A stretch of 64,000 nucleotides of DNA from Acholeplasmataceae bacterium. Lineage in GTDB: Bacteria; Bacillota_I; Bacilli_A; Acholeplasmatales; Acholeplasmataceae. The stretch's first letter is position 1; every line of letters begins with the position of its first letter. The DNA lies in NCBI GenBank assembly GCA_963667565.1, contig OY763415.1, positions 800,001 through 864,000 of the forward strand, written 5' to 3'. Under the pieces are notes generated by a model. That model was given only the letters and a program-made list of their open reading frames with translations, was not told where the DNA came from and searched no databases. Of the stretch, positions 60,934-64,000 are shown in pieces. The translations under genes were made by a program, and so were the position numbers.

Positions 60934-61701
60934 ATTTAAACTTTTAAAAAAGTCATATAACTGATCATCTTTAATATGAGGTGCAACGTATGTGGCTTTT
61001 TCTTTTAATTCATCGAATCGTGAATTACCCATGGCAATTCCAATATCAGCAAGTTCTAACATTTGAATATCATTTGCTCCATCACCCACACAAATCAATC
61101 GATCATAGGTTACGTTTTTTAAAGCTTGTTTAATACCAAAAGCTTTATTGATGTGGTTATACGTGAAATCAGCACCACCCTTATGCCATGGATAAACTCT
61201 AAATTTTGTTATTTCTTTTGATATTTCTAATATTTGTGTTTCAAAATCAGCAAAAATCCATAACTGATAGACAGATGTATGCTTATAGAAATCAGCATCA
61301 ACCTTAGGAAATATTCCTCTTAATGCTCTCATACCATAACCAACTCTGTCATCCCAGTAATTCACCGCTTCATCGTTGATTCCAACCATGCCAATATTAA
61401 AATCCTTACCCTCAGTAAGCTTTAATATATCTTCAATGTCACTATTTGCAATTGGTTCATCATATACCATTTGATCATCTATGAAAACTGCCGAACCATT
61501 GACTAATATTTTATACTTAAAAAGATGAACAACTTCATCAATAACTTCTATTTTTTTAAGCCCTCTACCTGTAGCTAGGCCTAGCTCAACATCATCTCTA
61601 GATGCGAGTTCTTCTAATAATTTTTTTGTTTGATTAGGTATTTTACCTAATACATTGTAAAAAATAGTGTTGTCTACGTCAAAAATAATGATAGTTTTCA
61701 T
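60919..61701 (-). CDS. Cof-type HAD-IIB hydrolase
   Basis: FDVDNT, LATGR, NKAFGI, GDGANDIQML. Confidence 0.9.
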   Translation of the reverse strand: MKTIIIFDVDNTIFYNVLGKIPNQTKKLLEELASRDDVELGLATGRGLKKIEVIDEVVHLFKYKILVNGSAVFIDDQMVYDEPIANSDIEDILKLTEGKDFNIGMVGINDEAVNYWDDRVGYGMRALRGIFPKVDADFYKHTSVYQLWIFADFETQILEISKEITKFRVYPWHKGGADFTYNHINKAFGIKQALKNVTYDRLICVGDGANDIQMLELADIGIAMGNSRFDELKEKATYVAPHIKDDQLYDFFKSLNLFDE

Positions 61702-61807
61702 AAATTACCTCTAAATAATTATAACATATCACGCAAGATACTATCATTTTTAATGATTATGTTATACAATAGATATGAACTTTTTCGTTTTCGGAGGATT
61801 TGAATAT

Positions 61808-63505
61808 ATGAAAAACCCTTTACTAAAATCCGGGGAGATCGGGATTTTTGCATTAGGTGGGCTTGGTGAAGTCGGGAAAAACATGTATATATATGAAATA
61901 GAAGATCAGATTTTTATTGTTGATTCTGGTATCTTATTTCCTGATGACCATTTATTAGGAATTGATTATGTTATTCCTGATTTTAGCTACCTAATTGAAA
62001 ATCAAGATCGTATCGTAGGATTATTTATTACACATGGTCATGAAGACCACATAGGAAGTATTCCATACTTATTAAGACAAGTGAATATACCTAAAATATA
62101 TGCTGCGGGTATTGCAGTAGATTTAATTGAATACAAATTTATGGAACACGCAGGCATTAAAGTGCCTCAAATTGAAGTTTACAAAAGTTATTACAAGTAT
62201 AATTTCAATCATGTTGAAGTAAGTTTTATACGTATGACTCACTCTATACCAGACATGTTTGGTATTGTGTTTAGAACACCGCTTGGAACATTATTCCATA
62301 CAGGTGATTTTAAAGTTGACTTAACACCAGTTGGTCCACCAGCTGAGTTTGATAAACTTGCCCAAATTGGGTCTGAAGGTGTCTTATGTATGCTATCAGA
62401 TTCAACCAATGCAGAACGTGATGAGCTTATACAATCAGATAGTAAAATTGGTAAATCTATCAATGAGTTATTTTCAAGACTTGATGGTAGAATCATTATC
62501 GCTACTTTCGCATCTAACTTATACCGTATTCAACAGATTATTGAAGCAGCAGTCTTAAATCATCGTAAAATCGCTGTGTTTGGTCGTTCTATGGAACGTG
62601 CTATTGAAGCTGGAATGCAAACCGGATATATCAAAATGCCTAAAAATACACTCATTAAAGGCGATGAAATAGCAAGATTAAAACCTGAACAAGTGACTTT
62701 ATTAGTTACTGGTTCACAAGGTGAACCACTTGCAGCCCTCAGTAGAATTGCTAATGGTTCACATAGACAAGTACAAGCGATGCCTGGTGATACTGTCATC
62801 TTCTCTTCTTCTCCAATTCCTGGAAACCAAGAAGGTGTCAATCGAACAATCAATTTATTATTTAGACAAGATGTTAATGTTATTACACATGGTCCTCTTG
62901 CAGATACACATACATCCGGACATGGTGCTCAAAATGATTTAAAACTGATATTAAGCTTAGTTAAGCCAAAATTATTTGTTCCAATGCATGGGGAGCATCG
63001 TATGCTTAAACACCACCAACAGCTTGCTATTGATTGTGGTGTTAACCCGAATAACATCCTCATTATGGATAACGGTATGGTTGCTGCTATCTCTAAAGAT
63101 GGGATTAGATATGCTGGTAATGTCACTGCAGGTGATGTATATATTGATGGTACAGGTATTGGTGATATTGGTAGTTCAATCATCAAAGAGCGAAAATTAT
63201 TATCTGAAGAAGGTTTATTCTCGATTGTTTTATCAATCAATTCAGAAAAGAAAAAACTTGTTAATTCACCAACAATTATTTCTCGTGGATTCATTTATAT
63301 GAAGAGTAATGAAGCATTAACTCAGCAATTAGCAAATGATGCTAAACAAGTTGCAGAAAATGAATTAAAGAAAAAAGGATATACTGAATCTTTATTAAAA
63401 CAAGCAGTTATTGATTTCTTAAGTGATAAAATTTATGAGCTGACTCAAAGAAAACCATTAATCATACCGATTGTTGTTGATTTAAATTCTAATAAACAAA
63501 CATAA
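61808..63505 (+). CDS. rnj: Ribonuclease J
   Basis: LGGLGEVGKNM, THGHEDHIG, HTGDFK, GSQGEP, HTSGH, PMHGE. Confidence 0.96.
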   Translation: MKNPLLKSGEIGIFALGGLGEVGKNMYIYEIEDQIFIVDSGILFPDDHLLGIDYVIPDFSYLIENQDRIVGLFITHGHEDHIGSIPYLLRQVNIPKIYAAGIAVDLIEYKFMEHAGIKVPQIEVYKSYYKYNFNHVEVSFIRMTHSIPDMFGIVFRTPLGTLFHTGDFKVDLTPVGPPAEFDKLAQIGSEGVLCMLSDSTNAERDELIQSDSKIGKSINELFSRLDGRIIIATFASNLYRIQQIIEAAVLNHRKIAVFGRSMERAIEAGMQTGYIKMPKNTLIKGDEIARLKPEQVTLLVTGSQGEPLAALSRIANGSHRQVQAMPGDTVIFSSSPIPGNQEGVNRTINLLFRQDVNVITHGPLADTHTSGHGAQNDLKLILSLVKPKLFVPMHGEHRMLKHHQQLAIDCGVNPNNILIMDNGMVAAISKDGIRYAGNVTAGDVYIDGTGIGDIGSSIIKERKLLSEEGLFSIVLSINSEKKKLVNSPTIISRGFIYMKSNEALTQQLANDAKQVAENELKKKGYTESLLKQAVIDFLSDKIYELTQRKPLIIPIVVDLNSNKQT

Positions 63506-63532
63506 AAAAAACAGGGAATTTTCCCTGTTTTT
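63505..63532. terminator. Bidirectional terminator
   Basis: aaaacagggaa-t-tttccctgtttt between convergent genes. Confidence 0.75.
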
Positions 63533-64000
63533 ATTTCATTTGTTCTAAAAATGCATCAAAAACAAATTTAGTTACTTTCGCATCATCAAAAGCATCATGT
63601 TTTTGTAAATCATTTGATTCATAATATGTTTTATATGCATTAAACAAACCTAGATCATCTTTTAAATTATAATAATCTTTGTGTAGTTTTAATAGATCAA
63701 TAAAATCATTTGAATCAGTTAAAGGCAATTTTTGATGAATTTGATACGAATCATTTAATGCAGTTATATCATTTTTTCCCCATACAACACATTTAGGATG
63801 ATACTTTAACATGATTTTTTTAAGCTTTTTATAAAACACTTGATAATCAACAGCTTTTTTATTAAAAAATGCTTCATCAATTTTTAAAAATTTAAGTGTG
63901 CGTTTACTAAGCTCATTTGTAAGTTTCGGTTTAACATAATATGCATCTTTAACAAGTACTTTAGATTGTGCTTTTGAAAGAACATAACCGACCTGAATAA
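63531..64000 (-). CDS. DEDDh 3'-5' exonuclease family protein (5' end outside window)
   Basis: VWGKND, FIDL, HDAFDDAKVT; frame continues upstream through YVKP and IQVGY to the window edge. Confidence 0.75.
   Translation of the reverse strand, partial: IQVGYVLSKAQSKVLVKDAYYVKPKLTNELSKRTLKFLKIDEAFFNKKAVDYQVFYKKLKKIMLKYHPKCVVWGKNDITALNDSYQIHQKLPLTDSNDFIDLLKLHKDYYNLKDDLGLFNAYKTYYESNDLQKHDAFDDAKVTKFVFDAFLEQMK

Noticed and set aside
664..63302. Short antisense or nested ORFs in the track (e.g. 664-879, 6800-7180, 14552-14836, 39486-39782, 62929-63294)
   Set aside because: They are shadows of well-supported genes, with no RBS or motifs

Overview
Low-GC chromosomal window, most likely from an Acholeplasmataceae-like Mollicute. 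TGA is used as a stop codon, prfB is present, Firmicute-type housekeeping genes are compact, and no cell-wall genes were seen. Most genes lie on the minus strand. Core blocks are rimP-nusA-ylxR-L7Ae-infB-rbfA, priA-fmt-pgpA, metK behind a SAM-I riboswitch, secA-prfB-yitT-ctpA-recX, a Zn ABC operon with a Fur/Zur regulator, coaD and rnj. The most interesting region is an accessory block (~15.1-23.9 kb) at the 3' end of tRNA-Ser(GGA). An Rgg/PlcR-like regulator faces an unannotated 45-aa secreted peptide gene. That gene heads an apparent operon with a C39 peptidase ABC exporter, an HlyD-type adaptor, a GyrI-like protein and two tandem cassettes. Each cassette has a near-identical double-glycine leader, a different ~100-aa hydrophobic core and its own membrane protein. 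I read this as a candidate quorum-sensing-controlled polymorphic bacteriocin system, flanked by a RelBE-type toxin-antitoxin pair. Also notable is a Wadjet/MksBEF-like jetABC operon with no jetD, followed directly by pepC. All product calls come from motif recognition by eye; no searches were run.
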